64,000 nt of DNA from Bdellovibrionales bacterium (GTDB taxonomy: Bacteria > Bdellovibrionota > UBA1018 > CAIMNF01), in the NCBI GenBank assembly GCA_040380025.1, contig JBEIJY010000001.1, positions 125,307 through 189,306 of the forward strand, in the 5' to 3' direction. Shown here piece after piece: positions 48,299 to 57,952 of this stretch. The notes under the pieces were generated by a model, which saw nothing but the letters and a program-made list of their open reading frames with translations, was not told the DNA's origin and made no database searches. The translations under genes and the position numbers were made by a program. How positions within the stretch are numbered: the first letter of the stretch is position 1; each line of letters begins with the position of its first letter.

Positions 48299-48757
48299 TC
48301 ATTCCTGATCGGTGACCACGATGTCCTGATTGTAGTCCGCTCCGCCTTCTTTCTTGTCGGCGCCGAGGGACTTGATCTCAAAGGTGTTCCCGTCCGAGGA
48401 GTACAGGTAGTCCATGTCCCATGCGTCCTTGGGGATCGACTTTTTCTCGATGTATCCGCCCGGTGCGTAGTTTTTGCACTCGGGGGCCGCGGTGGGCTTG
48501 GTCAGAAGGGCATCAAGGCCCTGATTCGTGTCCGGATACGATCCGCAATCGAGGCGGAACTGCTTCAGGGTCGAAGAGAGGGTTTTCATGTTCATTTTGG
48601 TCGTCTCGACCTTCGCCTTGTCGAACTGCGAGATCAGTTTCGGACCGACGACTCCGATCAGGAGTCCGAGAATCCCGATCACGATCATGAGCTCGATCAG
48701 CGAGAAGCCTGCTTCGCGGCTCCGAAGGGCGGGATTCTGGTTTGGTTGTGGTTTCAT
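48299..48757 (-). CDS. gspG: Major pseudopilin GspG
   Basis: G|FSLIELMIV, YP..QGLDALL, PKDAW, SLGAD..GG...DI. Confidence 0.94.
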   Translation of the reverse strand: MKPQPNQNPALRSREAGFSLIELMIVIGILGLLIGVVGPKLISQFDKAKVETTKMNMKTLSSTLKQFRLDCGSYPDTNQGLDALLTKPTAAPECKNYAPGGYIEKKSIPKDAWDMDYLYSSDGNTFEIKSLGADKKEGGADYNQDIVVTDQE

Positions 48758-48779
48758 GGGGTGTTTCCTTTCGTTGGGT

Positions 48780-50006
48780 TTAACGGCTCAGATTGCTCAT
48801 TTCCATGAGGGGCGTGATCACCGACACAACGATGAAGCCCACGGTCCCGCCCATGAACACGATCATGGCGGGTTCCAGCAATGCGGTCATCGAGTCGACG
48901 GCGGTCGCCACTTGTTCCTCATAGGAATCAGCGATGTTTTTCAGCATTCCGGGGAGTTCCCCGGTTTTCTCTCCGATCGAGATCATATGAATCACCAGCG
49001 GCGGAAACTCGCCGCTCCGCTTGAGCGGCTCGGCGATCGATTGTCCTTCGGTGATGTTGCTCCGGGCGTTCTCGACCGCACGCGCGATATGAACGTTCCC
49101 GACCAGATTCTTTGCGATGTTCATGGCGTTCAAAATGGGAACCCCCGAACCGAGCAGGGTCGACATCGTGCCCGCAAAGCGGTTGATGGCGGCCATGCGG
49201 GTGACCTTGCCGAACACCGGCGCGACCAGCTTGAAGCGATCCCAGTGTTCCCGTCCGCCGGCGGTGTTGATGTAGCGGTGGAACAAGAAAATAAAGAGTC
49301 CGAGGCCACCGAAAATCAGCGGCCACCACGAGGTGACCTGTACCGAAATCCAGATCAGGATCTCGGTGGTGAGCGGAAGCGCCTTGTTCATCGACACGAA
49401 AATCTGCTGGAGCTTCGGAATCACGAACGCGAAGATCCCGACCAGAACGGAAATCGCGACCAGTGCCATGATCGCAGGGTAGGTCATGCCCCCGACGAGC
49501 TTGCGTCGGAGCCTAGTCTGCGATTCCTTCAGGTCGGCCAGGCGAAGAAGGACCAGACTCAGGGTTCCCGAGCTTTCCCCGGCTTCGACCATGTTGATGT
49601 AAATGTGATCGAACGCCTTCGGGTGAGCGGCGAGGGCTTTTGCGAGCGAAATCCCCTCGTTCACCGATTCCCGCACCTGCGAGAGCACGCCCTTGATTCC
49701 GGGAGCCTCGCTCTGGTCGACCAGAGCACCGAGCGCGTCCACGAGCGGGATGTTCGCCTTGATGAGCGAGGCGAGCTGGCGGGTCGTGACGGCGATCTCT
49801 TCTTGCGTGATCCGCGGGCCGAAAAGCGAGATTCCGGCGGATTTTCCTCCCGCCTTGGCTCCGGCCGCATTCTTCTCGCGGATGTCGGTCACCATGAGGC
49901 CTTGTTTCTTCAGCTTCTGGCGCGCGGTCTTGATCGAGTCGCCCTCGACCATCCCTTTGGCCGCCTTGCCGTCCGCGCCGATCGCTTTGTACTCAAAGAG
50001 TGCCAT
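48780..50006 (-). CDS. gspF: Inner-membrane platform GspF
   Basis: TRQLASL, AGESSGTL, YP, GEKTGEL, LLEP. Confidence 0.95.
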   Translation of the reverse strand: MALFEYKAIGADGKAAKGMVEGDSIKTARQKLKKQGLMVTDIREKNAAGAKAGGKSAGISLFGPRITQEEIAVTTRQLASLIKANIPLVDALGALVDQSEAPGIKGVLSQVRESVNEGISLAKALAAHPKAFDHIYINMVEAGESSGTLSLVLLRLADLKESQTRLRRKLVGGMTYPAIMALVAISVLVGIFAFVIPKLQQIFVSMNKALPLTTEILIWISVQVTSWWPLIFGGLGLFIFLFHRYINTAGGREHWDRFKLVAPVFGKVTRMAAINRFAGTMSTLLGSGVPILNAMNIAKNLVGNVHIARAVENARSNITEGQSIAEPLKRSGEFPPLVIHMISIGEKTGELPGMLKNIADSYEEQVATAVDSMTALLEPAMIVFMGGTVGFIVVSVITPLMEMSNLSR

Positions 50007-50012
50007 GGGGGA

Positions 50013-51728
50013 TTACGCCTCCTCCGCATGGGTTGCACGGAACAGCTCGTCGATCGTGGTTTGGCCCTGAAGCACCTTTGCGATGCCGTCCTCGCGAAGG
50101 GTGATCATTCCGCGTTCGACCGCGGCTTTCTTGATCTGCCCGGCATCGACGTTCTTCACGATCAGGCTCTTGATGTAATCATCGATCACCAAAAGCTCAT
50201 GAATCACGGTCCGGCCCGAGTAACCGCTGTTCGAACAGCTCGGGCAACCGACCGCCCGATAAAAAGTAGCGTCTTTCGGCGGCGTCTTCATGCCCATCTC
50301 AAGAAGCTGGTATTCCGAAGGCGTGCATTCCTCGCGACACTTCATGCACACGCGGCGGATCAGGCGCTGGGCGACCACGCCCAGAAGCGAAGACGCGATC
50401 AGGAACGGTTCCACCCCCATGTCGACGAGACGGGTGGTGGAGCCTGCGGCGTCGTTGGTGTGCAGGGTCGAGAGCACCAAGTGACCGGTCAGCGACGCAT
50501 TGATCGCGATCTCGGCGGTTTCTTTGTCCCGAATCTCCCCGACCATGATCACATCCGGGTTCTGACGAAGGAAGGATCGCAAAGCGGCAGGGAAGGTGAG
50601 GTTGATCTTCGCATTCACCTGCACCTGATTGATCCCGGGAATCTGATACTCCACCGGATCCTCAACCGTCATGATGTTCCGCTCGGGCGAGTTCAGCTTC
50701 ATCAGGCACGACGAAAGAGTGGTGGATTTTCCCGAGCCGGTCGGGCCGGTCACGAGAATGATCCCGTATTTTCGCGAAATCAGCTTTTCGATCGCATCGA
50801 CCGAGCGGGGGGAGAATCCGCACTTTCCGAGCTCGAGCGGAGTGCCGCTCTGCTCGAGAATCCGCATGACCACGCGCTCGCCATGGGTCGTGGGCACGGT
50901 CGAAAGACGGATATCGACGTCTTTTCCTGCGAGTTTGATCTTGATCCTGCCGTCCTGGGGGAGTCGCTTCTCGGCGATGTCGAGCTGTCCCATGACCTTG
51001 ATCCGCGACGAAATGGCGGCATGCGCCCGTTTGGGCTGGCGGATGATGTCGTACAAAACGCCGTCGATGCGAAAACGCACGACGAACTCTTTTTCGAAGG
51101 GCTCGATGTGAATGTCCGAACACTTTTCTTTGACTGCGCGGAACAAAAGGGAGTTCACGAACTTGATCACCGGCGCGTCATCCTCGGTGGCCTCGAGAAT
51201 GTCGATCGGCCCCTCGAGGTCCAGATCATCCTCGGCGAATTCGCCTTCGATGTTTCCGACCATGCCCGAGGTCGATCGTTCGTAAACACGGTTGATCGCG
51301 TCTTGGATTCGCATCGTGGTGCTGACCACGGTCTTGATCCGGTAGCCGGTCAGGGCCTGGAGGTCTTCGGCGAGGGTGGGATTGAAGGGGTCCGAGACGG
51401 CAATGACCATGACCTTGCCCATCGCATCTTCCTTGAGCGAGAGCGGGATCACCTCTTTGGTCTTGGCGTAATTGATCGGGAGGTTCGCGACGAGCGCCGG
51501 ATCGATCTCATTCGCCTTCAAATCCTCCACGAACGGAAGACCCAGTTGGATGCAGAGAGCCTTCATGATCTCGTGGGGGAGGATGAAATTGTTCCGAAGC
51601 AGGATTTCGCCCAAAAGGCCGCCTTTTTCCTGCTGTTCTCCGAGCGCTTTGTCGAGCTGTTCGGGCTTCAGCGAGGTATGCTTCAGCAGAATCTCCCCGA
51701 GACGTTCGGGCGGACGGCGTTCTCTCAT
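50013..51728 (-). CDS. gspE: Secretion ATPase GspE with N-terminal MshEN-like motif
   Basis: RLGEILL...LLGEILL, SDIHIEP, GPTGSGKST, MVGEIRD, TGHLVLSTLH, CxxC pairs. Confidence 0.96.
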   Translation of the reverse strand: MRERRPPERLGEILLKHTSLKPEQLDKALGEQQEKGGLLGEILLRNNFILPHEIMKALCIQLGLPFVEDLKANEIDPALVANLPINYAKTKEVIPLSLKEDAMGKVMVIAVSDPFNPTLAEDLQALTGYRIKTVVSTTMRIQDAINRVYERSTSGMVGNIEGEFAEDDLDLEGPIDILEATEDDAPVIKFVNSLLFRAVKEKCSDIHIEPFEKEFVVRFRIDGVLYDIIRQPKRAHAAISSRIKVMGQLDIAEKRLPQDGRIKIKLAGKDVDIRLSTVPTTHGERVVMRILEQSGTPLELGKCGFSPRSVDAIEKLISRKYGIILVTGPTGSGKSTTLSSCLMKLNSPERNIMTVEDPVEYQIPGINQVQVNAKINLTFPAALRSFLRQNPDVIMVGEIRDKETAEIAINASLTGHLVLSTLHTNDAAGSTTRLVDMGVEPFLIASSLLGVVAQRLIRRVCMKCREECTPSEYQLLEMGMKTPPKDATFYRAVGCPSCSNSGYSGRTVIHELLVIDDYIKSLIVKNVDAGQIKKAAVERGMITLREDGIAKVLQGQTTIDELFRATHAEEA

Positions 51729-54286
51729 CGAGAACCTCCGTCCAAGGGCGGGAGCGTCAGGGTGTCAGGGGATTCCGTTTTCATTGGCTCGGTGGTTATA
51801 CCGCCGTTCCCTTCATTTTTGGAGTCCGATTTTTGGTTTCCACCATCGATCTGAACCGCCTGGCTTCCTCCGAGCGAATAATCCCGGAGCGTCTTGACAT
51901 CCGGAAGCTCGCGGATCAGTTTGTTGCGCGCTTCGCGATGATAATCCTCTCCGCCGAGTGCCTTCTCGACGAATTCATCCCGCTCCTTCAGCTTGCGGTC
52001 GAGTACCATGCGCACTTGCTCGGGCTGTCGCATGATCCGTGGCGTGATGAAGATCATGAGATTGCTTTTTTCGACGGTGGCTTCGCGCGATTTGAACAAC
52101 CATCCCAGGATTGGAATATCACCGAGGAGGGGAACCTTGTTCACGACCTCCGACACCTTGTCCCGGATCAGTCCCCCGAGCACCACCGTGTCGCTGTCGG
52201 CCACCATGACGCTGGTCTCGGCCGATCGCACGATGGTCGAGAACCCGAAATCCGCCGCCGCCTTGGCAAGGACCTTCTGAGTCACGTCGCCGACCTTGGC
52301 CTTGATGTCGAGCTTGATGTAGTTCGAGATCTTGTTCAACTGGGGCTTGACCTTGATCGTGAGGGGGATGTCCTTGTCTTCGGTCGATACGGTTTGAACC
52401 CCGAGGCCCGCATTGTTCACCCGGGCGATCGGGATCTTGTCGGTGCTGTCAAACACGGCCTCGGTGTTGTCGAGGGTCATCAGTTGGGGGGTTGCAAGCA
52501 CGTTCCCCGAACTCGACGACTCGATCGCCTTGATGAGGGCGGCGAGATTCGGGATGGCGATGGTCCGGTTCGTGCCACCCACATTCACGGTGGTGGAGGT
52601 CTTCTGATCGCTCTGCCACTGGAACACCAGCCCCGCAGGAATGCTGGTCGGGTCGGCAAGCAGTTTGAACAAATCGTTGGTCGGCGCGACCGAGGTTCCT
52701 CCGGGCAAAAGGATGTTCGAGGCGAACCCGTTCGTGCGGCTCATGTTCATCTCCATGATCAAAACCTCGACGAAGATCTGATCGCGGGGAATGTCGAGCT
52801 TGTTGATCACCCGTTGCACGGTCGCGAAATCGTTCGGAGAAGCGGTGATCACGAGCGAGTTGGTGGTCTTGTCGGCCGAAACCTTGATCTGCCCTTCGAA
52901 CAAGGCGCCCTCGTTCGGGTTGATTCCGAGGCCTCCTCCTCCGACCCCGAAGCCAGGCCCCTGGGAGCGGGGGGACTGGCTGATGTTGCTCAGGGTTTTC
53001 GACATGTCCTCCGCGTCGGCGAACTGCAGGTACACCACATGGACTTTTCCTCCGCCCGGCGCGCTCGGCATCTTCCGGTCGAGGCGAGCGATCAGGATCC
53101 GCACCTGCTCGACCCCTTTCGGGTTCGCATGCACAATCAGGGTGTTCGTGCGCTCGTCGGCGATGATGTTATTGATCAAGCCGCCCTCTTTGGTCTTCCG
53201 CGCCGAGAAACTCCCACGAGCGGCCCCGCCTCCCGAGAATCCTCCGGGGCGGTTCTGGAATCCGGCCTGGGTCCCGGGGAGGAGCTGGTCGATCAGCTTT
53301 TGGATCTCGACGGCCGAGGCGAATTTCACGGCAATGACCTCGATTCCCGCATCAAAGCTCTCGACGTCGAGGAACTGGATCATCTTCGCGACCTTGTCGA
53401 TGTTCGATCCGGTATCGGTGATGATCAGGGTGTTGGTCTGTTCGAAACCGAAGATCCGGGCCGACATGCTGGCATAGGTGCGGACCACATTCTCGAGCTC
53501 TTTCGCGCTGATGTACTTGATCTTGAAGATCTTCGTCACGAGCGCATCCGTGTTCGGCGCATTCGAGTTCGAGTAAAGGCGGACGTTCTTCGATTTTGCG
53601 TCGTTTTGCCGCATGATCCGGAGGTATTTCCCGGTCGGGACGATGGCGAGATTGTTCATGTCGAGCGAGGTGAGGAAGGCGCGCCACGCATCGCCGACCG
53701 TGATCGGGGAGTTCGAGATGATCGAAACCCGGCCCTTCACGTCCTTGTCGAGGATGAAGTTCTTGCCGGTGAGGCGGCCCATGGTTTTCGCAATCTCCAG
53801 AATGTCCGCATCGGGGAAATTGAAGTCCGTGATCGTCTCGCGCTCTGCGATCTCGCCGATCCCGCTCTCGTTGTCGACGAGGATCGAGGGTACTTCGTTC
53901 TTCGAGCGGATCCCTTTCTCGGTTCCCGGGCCCGAGAGCTCGAACCCGCGGTTTCCGCGTTTCAGCTCGGGGCCGGGACGGTCATCGGTCGTGCCGCCGA
54001 CGCTGATCCCGCCGCCCGATCCCGGCTCGTATCCGCCGCCGGTCTTTCCGCGGTTTCCGCGCGGAGGAGGGGGGGAGTCCAATCCCGGATCGTCGAACTC
54101 GTCGAATTCGTCATCCGGTTCGAGGCCCGGATCATTCAAGGGGTTCCCGATCGGAGCCCCGCCGGGCCGGAAACCTCCCGGCTGGGCGATGCCCACCTCC
54201 GAGAGGACTAAAAGCAGAATCCCCAAAAGGGCGCAAAGACCGAAAAAAAAGCTCATGCGGGTCGACCACGAATTATCGGATGTCAT
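51725..54286 (-). CDS. gspD: Secretin GspD
   Basis: FNFPDADI N0 domain, N-repeats, LDIPRDQIFVE, KVPLLGDIPILGWLFKS, FITPRI; start may be ~54256. Confidence 0.95.
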   Translation of the reverse strand: MTSDNSWSTRMSFFFGLCALLGILLLVLSEVGIAQPGGFRPGGAPIGNPLNDPGLEPDDEFDEFDDPGLDSPPPPRGNRGKTGGGYEPGSGGGISVGGTTDDRPGPELKRGNRGFELSGPGTEKGIRSKNEVPSILVDNESGIGEIAERETITDFNFPDADILEIAKTMGRLTGKNFILDKDVKGRVSIISNSPITVGDAWRAFLTSLDMNNLAIVPTGKYLRIMRQNDAKSKNVRLYSNSNAPNTDALVTKIFKIKYISAKELENVVRTYASMSARIFGFEQTNTLIITDTGSNIDKVAKMIQFLDVESFDAGIEVIAVKFASAVEIQKLIDQLLPGTQAGFQNRPGGFSGGGAARGSFSARKTKEGGLINNIIADERTNTLIVHANPKGVEQVRILIARLDRKMPSAPGGGKVHVVYLQFADAEDMSKTLSNISQSPRSQGPGFGVGGGGLGINPNEGALFEGQIKVSADKTTNSLVITASPNDFATVQRVINKLDIPRDQIFVEVLIMEMNMSRTNGFASNILLPGGTSVAPTNDLFKLLADPTSIPAGLVFQWQSDQKTSTTVNVGGTNRTIAIPNLAALIKAIESSSSGNVLATPQLMTLDNTEAVFDSTDKIPIARVNNAGLGVQTVSTEDKDIPLTIKVKPQLNKISNYIKLDIKAKVGDVTQKVLAKAAADFGFSTIVRSAETSVMVADSDTVVLGGLIRDKVSEVVNKVPLLGDIPILGWLFKSREATVEKSNLMIFITPRIMRQPEQVRMVLDRKLKERDEFVEKALGGEDYHREARNKLIRELPDVKTLRDYSLGGSQAVQIDGGNQKSDSKNEGNGGITTEPMKTESPDTLTLPPLDGGSR

Positions 54287-55271
54287 AATTGAAGTTGATG
54301 TCCTTTCCGCCTCTCTCGATCGTCATGTCGAGGGAGGACATGGATTTCAATCCTTGCAGGAGCTCGATCGCTTTCGCTGGATCAGTGATCTTCTCGCCGT
54401 TCACTGACTTGATGATGTCATTCTCGCGAAATCCGACCTTCTGGTAGAAGCTGTTCGGAACGATTTGCATCAGCCGGAATCCGATCATCTGCCCGCCGCG
54501 GTTCTCGGGCACCGCGCGCGCCTGGGTGAGGAGGGTGTTCAGGTTCGCCATCTGCTGGTCGATCTCCTGACGTCCGACCACGAAGCGGTTTTCTTCGACC
54601 TGGTTGACTCCCGCCGCCGGCGCCCCGGTCCTCGGCGCGGCCGAGATTTTCACCGAGTTATCTTCAGGGATTTCAAGGAATTCCTTCCGGCGCGCCATCG
54701 AGTTGATGAAAATCACCTTCCGCGCTTCCACCGAGAGGATCTGCACGTTTTCGCCGATTTGGTCGCCGATCCGCACCGGGTACAGCTTGCCTTCGCCCCG
54801 GTCCTGGATCGCGGCGATCGAGCGGGCGGGATTCTTGAAGATCACGGTTCCGATCAGCTGATAGTTCAGCGAGCAAGGAACAGGATCCGAATCCAGATCG
54901 ATCCCGACCTGTCCGGGCTTCGGAGTCCTGCTCACGAATAAATTCCGCTCCTGGATCACATCGAAATTCACCATCGTGCCCGGTTTGCCTGAGGTGGAGC
55001 GGGAAGCAAGCTTCGACACGGGCGGAGCGGGCAGATATTTTTCGGCGATCAATGCCATCAGGTCGGCGATCAGGCTTGCGCACACAAGGTAGGCGATCCA
55101 GAAGGAGGCTTCTTTTACAGCGCCCTCTTTTGAAATTCCCGAAAAAACCGCAGGAATCGGCGTCAGAGGCTTGGCGCCCGGATGAAGCGGGCCGGCCGTG
55201 TCCGACGAGAGCACCTCGGCGGGTTTTTTCGAGAACAGACCAGAAAGCCTCTTCTTCCAAGAATTTGTCAT
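54273..55271 (-). CDS. gspC: GspC with HR and PDZ domains
   Basis: TM, LIGTV, QARAVP..GFRL, DIIKSVNG. Confidence 0.92.
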   Translation of the reverse strand: MTNSWKKRLSGLFSKKPAEVLSSDTAGPLHPGAKPLTPIPAVFSGISKEGAVKEASFWIAYLVCASLIADLMALIAEKYLPAPPVSKLASRSTSGKPGTMVNFDVIQERNLFVSRTPKPGQVGIDLDSDPVPCSLNYQLIGTVIFKNPARSIAAIQDRGEGKLYPVRIGDQIGENVQILSVEARKVIFINSMARRKEFLEIPEDNSVKISAAPRTGAPAAGVNQVEENRFVVGRQEIDQQMANLNTLLTQARAVPENRGGQMIGFRLMQIVPNSFYQKVGFRENDIIKSVNGEKITDPAKAIELLQGLKSMSSLDMTIERGGKDINFNYDIR

Positions 55272-55289
55272 GCGCGCATTTCAGAAGAA

Positions 55290-55305
55290 TGCAAGACAGG
55301 GGCCA
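55290..55305 (-). promoter_or_regulatory. Putative sigma54 promoter of the gsp operon
   Basis: Minus strand TGGCCCCTGTCTTGCA = TGGC-N7-TTGCA, ~19 nt upstream of the gspC ATG. Confidence 0.6.
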
Positions 55306-55449
55306 CGTGTGATGCGGATCAAAATATTTTCTTAAGTGCCTGTTGTGCCGGCAGAAATTCCGCTTTACCCTTGAAGAGAAGCCGCAGATGAATTTCAGTT
55401 GTGTAATGCGTCTGACATTTTGTCATGACAGACTGTCGAAAGGAACGAT

Positions 55450-57186
55450 ATGGCAACCACCGAGAACAGTTTTCTGAAGGCCTTGTTTTTTGGACAGATC
55501 CATGAGGAATTCCTCTTCCCGTATCCGCGCCCGAAGGCCGAGACGGCCGAGACCGTCTCGATGATCCTCGATGCGATCGACAAGTTCGGAAAAGACATCG
55601 TCAAATCCGCCGAGTGGGACGAGAAGGGCGAGATGCCGATCGAAGTCGTGCGCCAGATGGCCGAAATGGGCCTTACCGGAATTGCCGTAAAAGAAGAATT
55701 CGGGGGGCTCGGTCTTCCCCAGAGCGGCTATGCGCGGATCATGCAGCAAATGGCATCCCTCGACGGTTCGCTTGCGGTGACGCTTGGTGCCCATCAGAGC
55801 ATCGGCTACAAATGCTTGCTCTTGTTCGGTTCCGACGAGCAAAAAAAGAAGTATCTTCCCAAGCTCGCCACCGGAGAAATGATCGCGGCCTTCTGTCTGA
55901 CCGAGCCTTCAAGCGGTTCGGATGCGGCCTCCATTCAAACCCGCGCCGAACTTTCGGCTGACGGCAAGTACTATACGATCACCGGGAACAAGCTCTGGAT
56001 CACGAATGGCGAGATCGCGCAGTTCCTGACCGTGTTCGCGAAGACCGAAGTGGTCGAGAACGGCGAAAAGAAAGACAAAGTCACCTGCTTCATCGTCGAA
56101 GCGCCCGCAGAAGGGGTTTCGGCCGGAGCGCGCGAGCACAAGCTCGGAATTCGTGGTTCGTGGACGAATGCGATCCATCTCGATCGCGTGAAGGTGCCGG
56201 TCGCGAACATCGTGGGTGGAGTCGGGTACGGATTCAAGGTCGCGATGGGAATTCTGAATCACGGCCGTCTTGGTTTGGCCGCGGGTTGCGTCGGGGTCGC
56301 CAAGAACGCGATCAAGGCTTCGGTCGAGCACGCGAACGAACGGGAGCAATTCAAAAAGAAAATCGGCGAATACGGAATGATCAAAGAAAAGATCGCCCGC
56401 ATGGTCATGAACAACTATGCAGCCGAGAGCATGGTGTACATGACGACCCACTTCATCGACCGGGGCGACATGGATTATTCGATGGAAAGCGCGGCGGCCA
56501 AGGTATTCTGCACCGAGATGCTCTGGGAGACGGTCGACGAGAACGTACAGATCTGGGCCGGAAATGGCTTCATGAAGGAGTATCCTTACGAGCGTTGGCT
56601 CCGCGATGCGCGGATCAACCGCATCTTCGAGGGAACGAACGAGATCTTGCGCGCCTTCATCGCCCTCTCGGGAATGCAGGGGCCGGGGCAGGAACTCGCG
56701 GGGCTCGCGAAAGCGATCCAGCATCCGCTCAAAGGTCTTGGTGTGGTCACCGACTACGCGACCCGGAAGGTGAAGCAAGGGGTTTTCGGCGAGACCATGA
56801 CCAAGCCGCATCCGCGCGTGAAGAAGCTTGCCGGCTCCCTCGAGGAATACACGCTCGAACTCAGTCAGCAGGTCGAGACCTTGCTGAAGCGCCATGGCAA
56901 GGAGATCCATCTGAAGCAGTTCGCGCAAAAGCGCGTGGCCGACATCGTGATCGATCTGTACGCCATGTACTGTGTGCTTGCGCGCGTGACCGCGTCGATC
57001 GAATCGAATGGCGAAGAGAAGTCGCAGGTCGAGATCGCGATCGCCGAAGCATTCTTTTCGAAGGCGAACCGGCGCATTCGCGGGAACTTCAAGGCCATGA
57101 ACCGCAACGAGGATGAGCTCATGAAGTTCATCGCCGAAAAGACCTACGAAACGGGCGGTTACCCGTACGACGTGTTCAAGCGGTAA
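55450..57186 (+). CDS. Acyl-CoA dehydrogenase (VLCAD/ACAD9-like long form)
   Basis: AHQSIG, FCLTEPSSGSDA, KLWITNG, KLGIRGS, RIFEGTNEILR, C-terminal extension. Confidence 0.94.
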   Translation: MATTENSFLKALFFGQIHEEFLFPYPRPKAETAETVSMILDAIDKFGKDIVKSAEWDEKGEMPIEVVRQMAEMGLTGIAVKEEFGGLGLPQSGYARIMQQMASLDGSLAVTLGAHQSIGYKCLLLFGSDEQKKKYLPKLATGEMIAAFCLTEPSSGSDAASIQTRAELSADGKYYTITGNKLWITNGEIAQFLTVFAKTEVVENGEKKDKVTCFIVEAPAEGVSAGAREHKLGIRGSWTNAIHLDRVKVPVANIVGGVGYGFKVAMGILNHGRLGLAAGCVGVAKNAIKASVEHANEREQFKKKIGEYGMIKEKIARMVMNNYAAESMVYMTTHFIDRGDMDYSMESAAAKVFCTEMLWETVDENVQIWAGNGFMKEYPYERWLRDARINRIFEGTNEILRAFIALSGMQGPGQELAGLAKAIQHPLKGLGVVTDYATRKVKQGVFGETMTKPHPRVKKLAGSLEEYTLELSQQVETLLKRHGKEIHLKQFAQKRVADIVIDLYAMYCVLARVTASIESNGEEKSQVEIAIAEAFFSKANRRIRGNFKAMNRNEDELMKFIAEKTYETGGYPYDVFKR

Positions 57187-57192
57187 GCGGGA

Positions 57193-57952
57193 TCAGCGCG
57201 GCAACTCCGCCACGCAGACCACGGATTGTCCGAGAGGAATCCGCAGAGTTTTCAGAAGCAGGGAATCGACGGGTTTCCAGAACGGGATCACTTTTTCGAT
57301 CAGGCCCACCTCTTCGGGGTTGATCGAATCCCGATTCAGGATCCGTCCCTTGATGATCCAGGGCAGGAGGCTCAGGAGGTTGAAATACCGGGTCGAAACG
57401 CGGATGTCGCGGTCGATTTCAAAAAAAATCCGACGGAAATCCGAGGCCCGATAGCGGCGAAAATGTTTGAATCGGCGGTCGAGGGCGCCGTACGCGACCG
57501 GCATGGCGGGAGCGAACGTCACGATTCTTTTCTTGCCCGGATGCGGACTCTTCCGGAGCAATTCCACCTGGTCGCGGAACGATTCGCAGTCGCTCTCGAC
57601 GTGTTCCATCACGTTGAAGCTCACCACCGTGTCGATCGGGATGTTCTCGAGCTGGGAGCTGATCGGAGAATCCAGGTTGAGCCTCACGATCTTGACCCGG
57701 TCCGAGCAAAGTCCCGGTTTTTTTCCGATCTCCGGAAGATAGCGCTCTTCGAGCTCGCTCAAGATCAGCTGTTCCCGCTTCGGGAGCCATTGCGACATAT
57801 TCCCGATTCCGGCGCCGAGTTCGAGAATGCTGTGCCCGAGGTGGGGCTCCACGGATTCGTACATCCATTTTTGGTAATTCCTGGCCCGCGACAGCGACTC
57901 TAGTTCGAAATCAATGCTTACGGGGTCGGAAACCCCCTGCTTCGGGAGTCAC
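57193..57952 (-). CDS. Class I SAM-dependent methyltransferase with an anomalous 5' end (frameshift, readthrough or non-canonical start)
   Basis: ILELGAGIGN, NVMEHV, YGALD..HFRRY; the frame is open to 57948 but the first ATG (57864) lies inside the LESLSRARNYQKW segment. Confidence 0.8.

Noticed and set aside
48528..51854. 1108-aa + strand ORF and other long antisense ORFs (e.g. 51833-54211, 42822-44945, 11902-14019, 16643-18433, 19896-21566, 4954-6438)
   Set aside because: They are shadows of well-supported genes on the opposite strand. GC-rich codon bias suppresses antisense stops, and none has recognisable motifs.
57949..57951. Selenocysteine decoding of the in-frame TGA
   Set aside because: It would fall in a non-catalytic linker, no convincing SECIS was identified by eye, and no sel genes are in the window; kept only as a minor alternative
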